Below, piece by piece: positions 1-9,427 of a stretch of DNA of 55,743 bases. The DNA lies in the NCBI GenBank assembly GCA_016930795.1, contig JAFGFY010000069.1:1-55743 (forward strand), in the 5' to 3' direction. Source of the DNA: Deltaproteobacteria bacterium (lineage in GTDB: Bacteria > Desulfobacterota > DSM-4660 > Desulfatiglandales > HGW-15). The notes under the pieces were generated by a model that had not been told where the DNA came from, searched no databases, and saw nothing but the letters and a program-made list of their open reading frames with translations. The position numbers and the translations under genes are program-made. Each line of letters opens with the position of its first letter. Position 1 is the stretch's first letter.

Positions 1-60
1 GACAATAGCTGACGAGTCTTCCACAGAAGAAGACGAAGCAGCGGGTGCCGGTGGATTAAC

Positions 61-108
61 CAACAATTGAAGCTCCCCGCGGCAAGCCGCGGGGAGCTTC
101 AATTGTTG
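61..108. repeat. Perfect 23-bp-arm inverted repeat (REP-like / possibly IS200-IS605-derived palindrome)
   Basis: caacaattgaagctccccgcggc-aa-gccgcggggagcttcaattgttg; arms 61-83 and 86-108 are exact reverse complements. Confidence 0.85.
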
Positions 109-298
109 TATAGGCTAATTGATAGCACTTCTAGCAAAGGAGTATAAAAACTCCCAGCAAGGCTCCCCCCTGTTCTCCTCTCAAAAGAGGAGTTCTTATC
201 ATCGGATAATCTATTTCATGTTTTAGCAATAATGATGTCCATTCTTCAAAAACAGCCTTCACTGACACAAGACTCTGTGGGGACTTGATATCCCTCTG

Positions 299-1174
299 TT
301 ACGAGAAAAGTGGAGTTTTTGGTTTGCGAATGTAAATAAACCAATAGATCAATCCAACCATTATCACGCCCCCGATTATATTTCCTATGGTAACGGGAAG
401 CAAATTTACTAGGAAAAAATTTCCCCATGTAAGGTTGGAGAAATCTCCCGCGGTTTTACCTATATTTTCCCAGAATTGTAATGGGGCCTTCATTTTAACG
501 AATATCCCTATTGGAATGAAATACATATTCGCTACACAGTGCTCAAATCCGCATGCGACAAACGCGCTTATCGGAAATAGGATGGCATAAACTTTGTCAG
601 TCAAGGTCCTGCCGCTAAAACAAAGCCAGACGGCCAAACAAACGAGTCCATTGCACATCATTCCAAGCGCCACTGCCTGAATGAATCCAAGTCCGCATTT
701 TCCGTTCGCGATTCCCAGGATGTTCAGGCCAACGATCCCCTTCCCGAACATGTATTGTTGTGAGTAGAGTAGAAAAAGTGCCGTTATGATGGAACCTATG
801 AAATTGCCGATATAGACGATGACCCAGTTCCTGATCAACTGATATACGGTTATTTTGCGGCTGGCTAAGGCCATGATGATCAGATTATTACCGGTGAACA
901 GTTCAGCACCGGCTGTGACAACCAGGATAAGACCAACGCAAAAGACAATTCCTCCTAATAATTTTGTGACACCAAAAGAGATATTCCCTGATGCGCCGGC
1001 CGTAACCGTTGTGGCAAATACAGCCCCTATCGCGATGAAAGCTCCTGCCAATATTGCGAGAAGGGACATATTTTTCCATCCCATTGAGGCTTTCGTTACA
1101 CCAACCTCTTCTGCTTTCTTTGCCATCTCAGGGGGAAGCAACATATCAATTCGCTGTAGATTATTATTTTCCAT
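299..1174 (-). CDS. Formate/nitrite transporter (FNT) family channel, FocA-like
   Basis: Motifs LAILAGAFIAIG, GAELFTGNNL, MCNGLVCLAVW, GFEHCVANMY, NLLPVTIGNIIGG; upstream GGAGG RBS. Confidence 0.93.
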   Translation of the reverse strand: MENNNLQRIDMLLPPEMAKKAEEVGVTKASMGWKNMSLLAILAGAFIAIGAVFATTVTAGASGNISFGVTKLLGGIVFCVGLILVVTAGAELFTGNNLIIMALASRKITVYQLIRNWVIVYIGNFIGSIITALFLLYSQQYMFGKGIVGLNILGIANGKCGLGFIQAVALGMMCNGLVCLAVWLCFSGRTLTDKVYAILFPISAFVACGFEHCVANMYFIPIGIFVKMKAPLQFWENIGKTAGDFSNLTWGNFFLVNLLPVTIGNIIGGVIMVGLIYWFIYIRKPKTPLFS

Positions 1175-1294
1175 TTCAAGGCCTCCTATTTATGAAATAC
1201 TATTTCTAAGTATCAACCTCTATTATTCTTTGGGCAATCGCCCTGTTTTTATTATTGGCTCCTATTTTGGAGATATTCCTTAAATCTAGAAAAT

Positions 1295-1774
1295 TTAACC
1301 CTTCCTTTTTGGGAACAGGTCAAAAACAGACGAAGGTGATTCTACGACTTTTTGGATTTTCTCTTGCGTATCCTTATTCTTCTCTTCATTTTTCTTCCCC
1401 CACGCGCCTTCTATTTTGTTTACAAGGTCGTCAATTTCACAAGGCTTGGTCAAATAATCATAGGCCCCCAGCTTGATAGCCTCAAGGGCGGTGTCAATGG
1501 ATCCGTGGCCGGTAAGAATAAGGGTCTGGGCGAAGAGTCCCAGTTTGCCGATCTCTTTCAAGGTCGTGATTCCGTCCATCCCTGGCATCTTCAGATCTAG
1601 GACAATCACATCGAAGTCCTTTTCTCCAAGAATCCGGAGGGCGGCTTCGCCGTTATCCGTGGCCGTTACTAAATACCCTCTAGTAGTCAGAAGTCTCGTC
1701 ATATTTTCGGTAAAGACGGTTTCGTCATCCACCAGCAGAATTCTGGATCCCTTCATCTCTTTGTCCTCCTTCAT
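1295..1774 (-). CDS. Stand-alone response regulator (receiver domain plus short tail)
   Basis: ILLVDDE, VLDLKMPGMDG, LTGHG, YLTKP; no output domain; likely start is the ATG at 1756 behind a GGAGG. Confidence 0.9.
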   Translation of the reverse strand: MKEDKEMKGSRILLVDDETVFTENMTRLLTTRGYLVTATDNGEAALRILGEKDFDVIVLDLKMPGMDGITTLKEIGKLGLFAQTLILTGHGSIDTALEAIKLGAYDYLTKPCEIDDLVNKIEGAWGKKNEEKNKDTQEKIQKVVESPSSVFDLFPKRKG

Positions 1775-1783
1775 TTTCAGTTC

Positions 1784-3562
1784 TTAAGACTTGCCAAGTC
1801 CAACGCTTTCATGGCCTTCCGGCATACTTTCGTTCGGATTCAACGGTGGACGGTAAGGCAGAAAAATGGTGAATTCAGTCCCTTTCCCTTCATGACTCTT
1901 GACAGTAATGTCTCCCCCCAGTTGTTTGATACTGCTGTAGCAGATCGAAAGCCCTAATCCCGTCCCCTTGCCCGCCGGTTTGGTAGTAAAGAATGGATCG
2001 AATACCTTCGCTATGTATTCCGAGGAAATCCCTGATCCTGTATCCGCAATGAGGACCCTTACTCCCTGATTTTGATCGTCGGATTGCGTGCTGATGTGGA
2101 TAATGCCGTAAGGTTTCCCATCATGAGCGTCGATGGCGTTTGTGATCATATTCAGGAATACCTGTTGGAGCTGCGAAGGATCGGAAAGAAGCAAAGGGAG
2201 TCTTTCTTCCAGATCGGAAAGAAATCTAATGCCGCTCGTTTTAGCCTCCCGCTCCACCAGCTCAATAACCTCAATGATAAAGTTATTGAGATCTACGGTT
2301 TCAATAGAAGGTTTGGTGCGTCGAGAGAATCGAAGGAGATTCTGAGTGATCCGCTTGCATCGATGGATTTGGAGATCCATCTGGTTTAGGGAGTGGGTCA
2401 ACTGCCTTCTGAAGCGGTCGTCAAGGTCAGGAGTCTGTTCCGCTGAATCCAGGAGAATCTGTCTTTCGGTCAATACGATGGCCAAGGGATTATTGATCTC
2501 GTGGGCCACACCCGCGGAAAGCTCACCGACAGCGGCCAGTTTTCCTGCCTGCATAAGTTGCCTGTTCAATCGATCTGCTTGGGTGTCCCGCTTCCGAATA
2601 AGCTTAATCATATACCGCGTGATCAGAATCGTCACAATCAGGATGGTGGCCGCGCTCAAATGAAGAAAGACCAAAATGGCAACATTAGCCCGGTTGACCT
2701 CATTGAAGGCCTCCGAGTATTCCTGCATCACCACCAGCATCCATCGAGGTTCATCAAGCCATAAGGTCGCTACGATCTTACCCGGAAAGGGTTGTTGTGT
2801 CTCCTTTGTATCGGATTTTGAGACATATACTCGAATGCCCTCATGGATCGGCCCCGCGGGGAAGGGGGCGTTTTCCATGATTTGTCCCGAAAACCTGGGA
2901 TTCGTCTGAAAGATCCCTTCTTGATTAATCAGATAGACCTCACCTGTTTTGCCGATCCGAACATCTTCCACAAGAGAGCGAAAGGCATCCGTGTCAATGG
3001 TCGCCCTCAAGATCCATGTTTCCTCATTTTCGGCGCGGGTGACGGCAATGACAAAATGAGGGACCTCTCGAAATCCTGAGAACATATCGCTTATGTAGAT
3101 TCCTTTTTCCATCACTTGCCCAAACCAGAGGGCCTCCGAGTAGTTCTTGTCCATGAGGTCATAGGGGCCCACATAGGCCAAATGCTTTCCGTGATCATCG
3201 ATGACCCCTAAATCTGTCAGGGATCCGTATTCCCGATTCATAATTTCAAAAACTCGAAAGAGATTCGCTCTTTGTGTTAAAATATCCCTGGAATGAGTTT
3301 CGGAGATCAAACGAAGTCTGGAACACCTCTCTTGTAGAAAAGACTCTATGATCCTGCGATGGTAGTCCACCAGTGTTTGAAAGGAATCGGTCATTCGGGA
3401 GACGGCAAACCTCTTGTAATGAATGTTTATCGCCCATCCTACCAAGAGAAGGGGCACAAGTGAGCACACAAGGGTCAATCCAATGAACTTAAAATACAAC
3501 CCGGAGTAATGTATTTTCTTCTCTTGTGGATCATCTCTATCAAAATGAGTCGATTTATTCAT
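1784..3562 (-). CDS. Sensor histidine kinase with periplasmic Cache-type domain (NtrB/AtoS-like core)
   Basis: Two TM segments, [18 protein letters not shown] sensor motif, H-box AHEINNPL, N-box, FFTTK, GTGLGL. Confidence 0.92.
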   Translation of the reverse strand: MNKSTHFDRDDPQEKKIHYSGLYFKFIGLTLVCSLVPLLLVGWAINIHYKRFAVSRMTDSFQTLVDYHRRIIESFLQERCSRLRLISETHSRDILTQRANLFRVFEIMNREYGSLTDLGVIDDHGKHLAYVGPYDLMDKNYSEALWFGQVMEKGIYISDMFSGFREVPHFVIAVTRAENEETWILRATIDTDAFRSLVEDVRIGKTGEVYLINQEGIFQTNPRFSGQIMENAPFPAGPIHEGIRVYVSKSDTKETQQPFPGKIVATLWLDEPRWMLVVMQEYSEAFNEVNRANVAILVFLHLSAATILIVTILITRYMIKLIRKRDTQADRLNRQLMQAGKLAAVGELSAGVAHEINNPLAIVLTERQILLDSAEQTPDLDDRFRRQLTHSLNQMDLQIHRCKRITQNLLRFSRRTKPSIETVDLNNFIIEVIELVEREAKTSGIRFLSDLEERLPLLLSDPSQLQQVFLNMITNAIDAHDGKPYGIIHISTQSDDQNQGVRVLIADTGSGISSEYIAKVFDPFFTTKPAGKGTGLGLSICYSSIKQLGGDITVKSHEGKGTEFTIFLPYRPPLNPNESMPEGHESVGLGKS

Positions 3563-3699
3563 CGCCGCAAGGTCTCTTATTTAGGCCTCTATTATCCCGG
3601 ACAATTGTTCAAAACGATATAACCTGTACATAACCTCTTCGTTTCTTAGACAGACACCCGGAAGAAGACGAAGGTCTATGACCAATGGGTCCCTCGGAC

Positions 3700-4389
3700 T
3701 CATTGATTCTCCCAGATTTCACATTCTTCACCTCTATGTTCGACAATATAGAGTAAGGAAAATCTGCTCTTTAGCTCTGATTTCAGTTCCTGCCTTCTAG
3801 ATTCATCAACACCGTAAATACGGATATAGACCTTATGAAAGACCTCAGGAACACGATAAGAAGAGCTTAGAATGCTTTCAATGCGACCGCCAAACATTCG
3901 AATAACGTCGGTGACCTCTTTAATCGAGCCGGGTCGATCTTCCAGCTGAAACGCGAATTGGACTCCATCCTTCCTGGTACCAATAAAAGAAATCAAGGCC
4001 CGAAAAACATCCGTCTGAGAAACAACCCCCTTCAAATTTCCTTCGCGATCCATCACAGGTGCGCTCGATAATTTGTTCTCCATCATAATCTCTGCAGCCT
4101 TTTCGACCGTGTAATAATTCATGATTTTTATGGGATTCCTTATCATAAACTCTTTTACTTTGATGTGAGTAGTCATTCGGTCCATTCCCAGAACATATTC
4201 CAGCCTGCCGATTTCAGAGGCCGACGCTCTCTTTATCTCTCTATCTGTAATGTAGCCGACCAACGATCCCTCTCTCAATACGGGTAATCCCCTTATGTTG
4301 TATGTTCCCATAAGCTTCGCAGCATCTTCCATAGAGCTCTCTACATCGATTGTAATGACCGTATGACTCATCCAATTTTTTACAAGCAT
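3700..4389 (-). CDS. CBS-pair plus ACT domain protein (AcuB-like), copy 2
   Basis: MLVKNWMS N-terminus, CBS pair, C-terminal ACT motif LEDRPGSIKEVTDVIR. Confidence 0.88.
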   Translation of the reverse strand: MLVKNWMSHTVITIDVESSMEDAAKLMGTYNIRGLPVLREGSLVGYITDREIKRASASEIGRLEYVLGMDRMTTHIKVKEFMIRNPIKIMNYYTVEKAAEIMMENKLSSAPVMDREGNLKGVVSQTDVFRALISFIGTRKDGVQFAFQLEDRPGSIKEVTDVIRMFGGRIESILSSSYRVPEVFHKVYIRIYGVDESRRQELKSELKSRFSLLYIVEHRGEECEIWENQ

Positions 4390-4533
4390 CTTTTCCTCCT
4401 TAGCCCCCTAATATCCCGGACAATTGTCAAGGACTGAATAAGAAGATAATGCTTCTTCTATCCCTAAACTCTTCGTTTCTTAGAAAAGTACCCGGAAGAA
4501 AATGAAGGCCGAGGATCAATGTATCCTCTGGAC

Positions 4534-5223
4534 TCATTGATTATCCCATATTTCATATTCTTCACCTTTCTGTTTAACAACATAGAGTAAAGAAAACTTG
4601 CTTTTTAGCTCTGATTTCAGTTCCTGTCTCCTGGATTCACCAACCCCGTAGATACGGATATAAACCTTACGAAAGCCCTCAGGTACACGATAAGAAGAAC
4701 TTAGAATGCTTTCAATGCGACCGCCAAACATGCGAATAATGTCAGTGACCTCTTTAATCGAACCGGGTCGATCTTCCAGCTGAAACGCGAATTGGATTCC
4801 TTCCTTTTTGGTCCCCATAAAGGAAACCAGGGCCCGAAAAATATCCGTCTGGGAAACAACTCCCTTCAACTTGCCTTCGCGATCCACCACAGGTGCGCTC
4901 GATAATTTGTTCTCCATCATAATCTCTGCTGCCTTCTCGACCGTGTAATCAGTCAAGATCTTAATGGGATTCTCTATCATAAACTCCTTAACTTTGATGT
5001 GAGTGATCATTCGGTACATTTCCGGAATATATTCCAGTCTGCTGATTTCAGAGGCCGACGCCCTCTTTATCTCTTTATCCGTAATGTAACCTGCCAATCT
5101 CCCCTCACTCAACACGGGTAATCCCCTTATATGGTGGATTTCCATAAGTTTCGCAGCGTCTTTAAGATAGGTCTCTAAGTCGACTGAAATGATCGGATGA
5201 CTCATCCAATTTCTTACAAGCAT
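4534..5223 (-). CDS. CBS-pair plus ACT domain protein (AcuB-like), copy 1
   Basis: MLVRNWMS, CBS pair, LEDRPGSIKEVTDIIR; colinear paralogue of 3700-4389. Confidence 0.88.
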   Translation of the reverse strand: MLVRNWMSHPIISVDLETYLKDAAKLMEIHHIRGLPVLSEGRLAGYITDKEIKRASASEISRLEYIPEMYRMITHIKVKEFMIENPIKILTDYTVEKAAEIMMENKLSSAPVVDREGKLKGVVSQTDIFRALVSFMGTKKEGIQFAFQLEDRPGSIKEVTDIIRMFGGRIESILSSSYRVPEGFRKVYIRIYGVGESRRQELKSELKSKFSLLYVVKQKGEEYEIWDNQ

Positions 5224-5250
5224 CTTTTCTTCCCCATTTTATATCAACAA

Positions 5251-6162
5251 TTACAGCATATTTCGCTGAATTCTCTCCATTTCAAAGAACAGATCCTGTT
5301 CCCGAATGACGCCTATGGCTTTGCCTGATTTGACGACAAGCAGGCGTCTGACGTTCTGTGTGAACATCATGTGGGCGGCTTCCATGAGATTCGATTCCCC
5401 CTCAATGGTGAGGGGGGCTTGGGACATGATATCTTGGACTCTTGCCCTGATCAGACCTTGAATCGCGCTCGTGAACATGCCCTTCCAAAACATGGGAGAA
5501 TACTGAATACTATCTGCCATGGATGGTTTGACGGCGTTGAGATATCCCGGCATGATCGCTTTAAGTAGGTCCGTGATTGATAGAATGCCCTGAACTTCAC
5601 CCTTCCCATCCAGTACAAGAAGGGAACGGTGTCCGGTTTCCATGATCCGGTTTGTGGCCATCTTCAAGAGGAATGACATCTTCAACTTGATCATGGCTTC
5701 CTTGACTGTCTGGTCGCGATAAATCGTCGTATATTCCTGGAGTGGGATCATCACTTCCTTGGCCATCATCTCGTGAGGAGAACGTCCTCCATCTATCCTA
5801 TATTCAAATGCCTCATGGATTTTGCCGGCGAGAATCGTAATATCGCATGGCTTTGTGAGATAATCGAAAGCCCCTTCGACCAGGGATTCTCTGGCCGACG
5901 GCAGAGCTCCGTGACCTGTAAGCATGATTATCGGGAGATATGGTGAACGTTTCTTGATCTCCCTCAAGACCTGGTGGCCGTCCATGCCTGGCATTTTAAT
6001 ATCCAGAATCACCACATCTGGATTTTCCTTGAGTTTTTCAAGGGCCTCTTCACCGTTTTCAGCCAAAATAGTCTCAAAGCCTCTCCGGCCAAGAAGCTTT
6101 TTAGTCGTAGCTCGAAAACGTTCCTCGTCATCAACCATAAGCACTTTTATTCTTTCATTCAT
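5251..6162 (-). CDS. Response regulator with receiver domain fused to a CBS pair
   Basis: VLMVDDE, ILDIKMPGMDG, LTGHG, LTKP, followed by CBS repeats (AKEVMIPL...; RVQDIMS...RRLLVV). Confidence 0.88.
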   Translation of the reverse strand: MNERIKVLMVDDEERFRATTKKLLGRRGFETILAENGEEALEKLKENPDVVILDIKMPGMDGHQVLREIKKRSPYLPIIMLTGHGALPSARESLVEGAFDYLTKPCDITILAGKIHEAFEYRIDGGRSPHEMMAKEVMIPLQEYTTIYRDQTVKEAMIKLKMSFLLKMATNRIMETGHRSLLVLDGKGEVQGILSITDLLKAIMPGYLNAVKPSMADSIQYSPMFWKGMFTSAIQGLIRARVQDIMSQAPLTIEGESNLMEAAHMMFTQNVRRLLVVKSGKAIGVIREQDLFFEMERIQRNML

Positions 6163-6197
6163 CTTTCAGCTCTCCTTCAAAGGTGCTCTGAAACAGA

Positions 6198-6749
6198 TCA
6201 TCCCTGTCTGCCCGCAAAAAGAGCGAATTGAATCAATAAGAACAGGCAACCGGCCGTGATCAAGATGATTCGAAAGGCCATAGAGGCTGTAATGGGGCCT
6301 ACTTTGGCCATTCCAAGACCTATCAGGCCGTATGTCCAGATCCCTGTGACCCAGGAAATGCCGGGAATCCAGGCAAGCAAGAGTGTGGCGTTGGCATAAG
6401 CCGTAATGCTAAGCACGGTCTGATACGAAAATACATGTCTGCATAGAATCAGGGTCGCGAGATAAGCAAGGAAGGCCGTGATAAATGGCATGAAAAACGC
6501 GTTCATGAAATAGAGGGCTCCGAGGACTGCCTTCTCTCTGTTCGTACACATAGTCGCGCAGATGCTATGAAGCGTACTGCATAAAAAAAGAAAGATGATC
6601 GGATATGTGTATCCGCTCCGTTGGAGAAGTCTTTCATAGAAAGTTCTCGGATGAAACAGTATGGCACAGACGATTCTGAAAATCCGATCAAAGGGCGCCC
6701 ATCCTTGGAAACCTTGTTTATCATTGATGGTGATTGATTTGTCCGTCAT
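6198..6749 (-). CDS. Small integral membrane protein, Yip1-domain-like
   Basis: ILFHPRTFYERL N-terminal motif typical of bacterial Yip1 proteins, about 5 hydrophobic segments. Confidence 0.65.
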   Translation of the reverse strand: MTDKSITINDKQGFQGWAPFDRIFRIVCAILFHPRTFYERLLQRSGYTYPIIFLFLCSTLHSICATMCTNREKAVLGALYFMNAFFMPFITAFLAYLATLILCRHVFSYQTVLSITAYANATLLLAWIPGISWVTGIWTYGLIGLGMAKVGPITASMAFRIILITAGCLFLLIQFALFAGRQG

Positions 6750-6807
6750 TTTCGTCTACACCTTTTTTTACGTCATCTATATTCCATTTCGAGACCCAAT
6801 CTTTTTA

Positions 6808-8655
6808 TCAAAACGAAATCAACCCGGGATATCCCAACCACCTCCAGTAGATGCTCACCAACAACATGAGTCCCGCCATATTCGTGAACCAGAGAATAAG
6901 TCCCACTCTCAAGTAATCCTTAGGCTCTAGGTATCCACTGGCATAGACAATGGCATTAGGCGGCGTCCCGATAACAAGGCAATAGGCAAAGGACGACGCA
7001 ATGGCCGTCCCCATGGCCATAAAGGGGATCATTGCACTCCCCGGATGGACTATCCCTCCCATGGCCAAGGTGACCGGTCCCACCGCCGCGCAAGCAGGCC
7101 CGTCCGCCATAAGTTGTGTAAGCAAACCTGTTATGGCGTTGCCTGTCAGCATGAGGCCAAGACCATGTCCCAATCCCAACGGAATCGTCAAATGCAGCAA
7201 AGACCGTGCGATCCAATAAGCACCACCTGTCTCTACAAGGACACGACCGAATATAATGGCCCCTGCATAGAGCCATACCACCCCCCAGTCCACTTTGGTT
7301 TGGTAGTCACGCCAGTTAACGATTCCGGCAAAAATGTACGCGACGGCACCCATAACGGCAAGCACGCCGATCCCGAACCGGATGCCCGTCCATTTGAGAA
7401 GGAGATTGTTTTCCGTAATCCAGCAAAAAAGCATGATGAGGAAGATCGTAATCGCCACCTTCTGCTGACGAGTCCATCTAGCCCCCACTCTCATAGACTC
7501 TTGTTTCGCTAAATCCAAGGCTTCACCAAGGTTCCTTATAGAGGGTCTGAATCGCCAATTGATCACTATCCATGTGACGGGCATCAAAAAGACCAGAAAG
7601 GGCACACAATATACGCACCACTGTCCAAAACCCATGCTGATGCCGAACATATCCTCAGTATAGTTCATCATGATAATATTGCGCGCGGCACCGGAAGGGG
7701 CCAGAGAACCACCGAGATTGCAGGCCATGGCGATGGTGATCATCAGCATCTTGGCCAACTCGGGGTCTTCTCTGCCCGCAGCACTCATTGAAGCCGTGTA
7801 AAGAAGAATGCCGATGGGAAGAAACATGGCGGCCAACGCGTGATCAGACATGAACATGGTCAACGGCGCGATAACGCATATAATGATGAGACTCACCCAT
7901 TTAATATCCGGGCTTTTCAATCTGCCGAACATCATCATGGCGATCCGTCTATCCACACCGGTTTTGACAAAGGCCGTGGCAAACATGAGGCTCCCCATGA
8001 TAAACCACGTGGCATCGGACCAGTAGAGTCCCGCTACCGTCTCCCTCGTCACAATTCCGCTCATCAAGGCAATAATGCCTATGCTAAACGCCACCATAGG
8101 CAACGGCATGGCCTCGCTCACAAAACAGAGGACCACAAAAAAGACAATTCCTACCGCCATCTTGACATGGAAGCCGGCCCTCATGGCTTCCTTCTTCTCA
8201 TTTTCGCTTAGATTCTCAAACGAGAGTTCCTCGGTCCTTAATCGATAGCCCCTATCCATAACGGACCTAAATTCTTCAGGCGTCATTTGTTCTGCAAAGG
8301 CCCTAATCTTTTCAAGGTGTTCCTTCGCGGTCGGAATGCTATTCGTTTCACACCATCTTTCATTTCTCTTGACAAAGGAAGCACGGGAAAACGATGACTT
8401 CTGAATGCTCTTCTCCATCATTCTGATCATTTGGATCTGCCATTGGGACAGCTCCGTTGTTTTGGTATTGAAAAGCTCTTCGGAAAAGAAATCCTGAACA
8501 TGTCGGGGTCCAAGGGCATATTCGATGCCTACATCAAGCATGCTTTTTGGTAGGGGAAGAAATAGAAGCAGGACGAGCACTCCCACTGGAATGGAAAAGA
8601 GACGCCAGTCGATGTACCTGTCATACCCTGATGTCTTTTTCTTTGCCTCAACCAT
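6808..8655 (-). CDS. SLC13/DASS family anion:sodium symporter with a large hydrophilic insertion after TM1
   Basis: SEAMPLP, FMSDHALAA, ACNLGGSLAPSGAARN, VIGTPPNAIVYASGYL; AGGAGG RBS. Confidence 0.88.
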   Translation of the reverse strand: MVEAKKKTSGYDRYIDWRLFSIPVGVLVLLLFLPLPKSMLDVGIEYALGPRHVQDFFSEELFNTKTTELSQWQIQMIRMMEKSIQKSSFSRASFVKRNERWCETNSIPTAKEHLEKIRAFAEQMTPEEFRSVMDRGYRLRTEELSFENLSENEKKEAMRAGFHVKMAVGIVFFVVLCFVSEAMPLPMVAFSIGIIALMSGIVTRETVAGLYWSDATWFIMGSLMFATAFVKTGVDRRIAMMMFGRLKSPDIKWVSLIIICVIAPLTMFMSDHALAAMFLPIGILLYTASMSAAGREDPELAKMLMITIAMACNLGGSLAPSGAARNIIMMNYTEDMFGISMGFGQWCVYCVPFLVFLMPVTWIVINWRFRPSIRNLGEALDLAKQESMRVGARWTRQQKVAITIFLIMLFCWITENNLLLKWTGIRFGIGVLAVMGAVAYIFAGIVNWRDYQTKVDWGVVWLYAGAIIFGRVLVETGGAYWIARSLLHLTIPLGLGHGLGLMLTGNAITGLLTQLMADGPACAAVGPVTLAMGGIVHPGSAMIPFMAMGTAIASSFAYCLVIGTPPNAIVYASGYLEPKDYLRVGLILWFTNMAGLMLLVSIYWRWLGYPGLISF

Positions 8656-8735
8656 GTTTTCCTCCTTTTCAGGCCAATGATCCGCTCAGCGCGGATCGTC
8701 ATCCCCCTTCACCCGCGAGCTGCGACTCGACCGTC

Positions 8736-8870
8736 TCAAGCACTTAGAAGCCTTGAAAGGACGTACAAGAGAAACATCACCACCGTGGCATAAAAGAAGA
8801 ATGCGCGCTCTGCCTCTCTCGTAAACCATGTTATCCCCGTTCTGCGATTATTTTTCTTCCGTTTTTTCAA
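8736..8870 (-). CDS. Uncalled 44-aa single-TM protein MKKRKKNNRRTGITWFTREAERAFFFYATVVMFLLYVLSRLLSA
   Basis: Hand translation; TTG start 6 nt after GGGTGGT, basic N-terminus and C-terminal hydrophobic helix, fills the gap between the RR and SLC13 genes. Confidence 0.6.
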   Translation of the reverse strand: MKKRKKNNRRTGITWFTREAERAFFFYATVVMFLLYVLSRLLSA

Positions 8871-8906
8871 CGAAATACCACCCTTTATTCATTCCGCGAA
8901 TCAAGC

Positions 8907-9356
8907 TTATTCGGTTTCCCTTAGAATCTCTCTTGGCGTTTTCATAGAGAGGCGGGTCTGAGCCACGCGAATCTTTTCCTCTAATCGCTTCCTCCTCTCA
9001 AAGGCCTCTTCTGCCTTTTCAAGGAGTTCATCGATATCGGCAGGCTTCATCAGATAATCCGTAGCGCCGGACTTAAGTCCCTCCACGGCGGACTCCACTG
9101 TCGCGTGTCCGGTCAACATAATGACCTCCGTCAAAGGATGTTGCCTCTTGATCTCCCGAAGTGTGGCCATGCCATCCATCCCCGGCATCTTGACATCCAG
9201 TATGACCACGTGAATGCTGTGGGAGTTGAGCATTTCCAAGGCCTCTCCCCCACTCAAGGCCGTCAGCAAATCTATTCCTTTTTTTGAAAGCAATTTCTTG
9301 GTGGTGGAAAGAAACCTCTCCTCATCGTCCACTAACATGATCCTCATTTCTTCCAT
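8907..9356 (-). CDS. Stand-alone response regulator (receiver plus coiled-coil tail)
   Basis: MLVDDEE, ILDVKMPGMDG, LTGHA, YLMKP. Confidence 0.9.
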   Translation of the reverse strand: MEEMRIMLVDDEERFLSTTKKLLSKKGIDLLTALSGGEALEMLNSHSIHVVILDVKMPGMDGMATLREIKRQHPLTEVIMLTGHATVESAVEGLKSGATDYLMKPADIDELLEKAEEAFERRKRLEEKIRVAQTRLSMKTPREILRETE

Positions 9357-9427
9357 GTTTCACCTCTCTGCCTTTGATGGGGTTTTTGCGCCTGAAAGTC
9401 GAATTCCTATGAACTGAAACCGACATC

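Larger units (their letters stand above)
3581..5228. repeat. Tandem duplication of the CBS-ACT gene including its downstream intergenic DNA (period 834 bp in the CDS)
   Basis: Both copies share the intergenic blocks tatcccggacaattgt and ctcttcgtttcttaga..cccggaagaa, and both ORFs are 229 aa. Confidence 0.88.

Noticed and set aside
1-70. Possible 3' end of a plus-strand CDS (TIADESSTEEDEAAGAGGLTNN-stop)
   Set aside because: Too short to identify, and its stop lies inside the palindrome.
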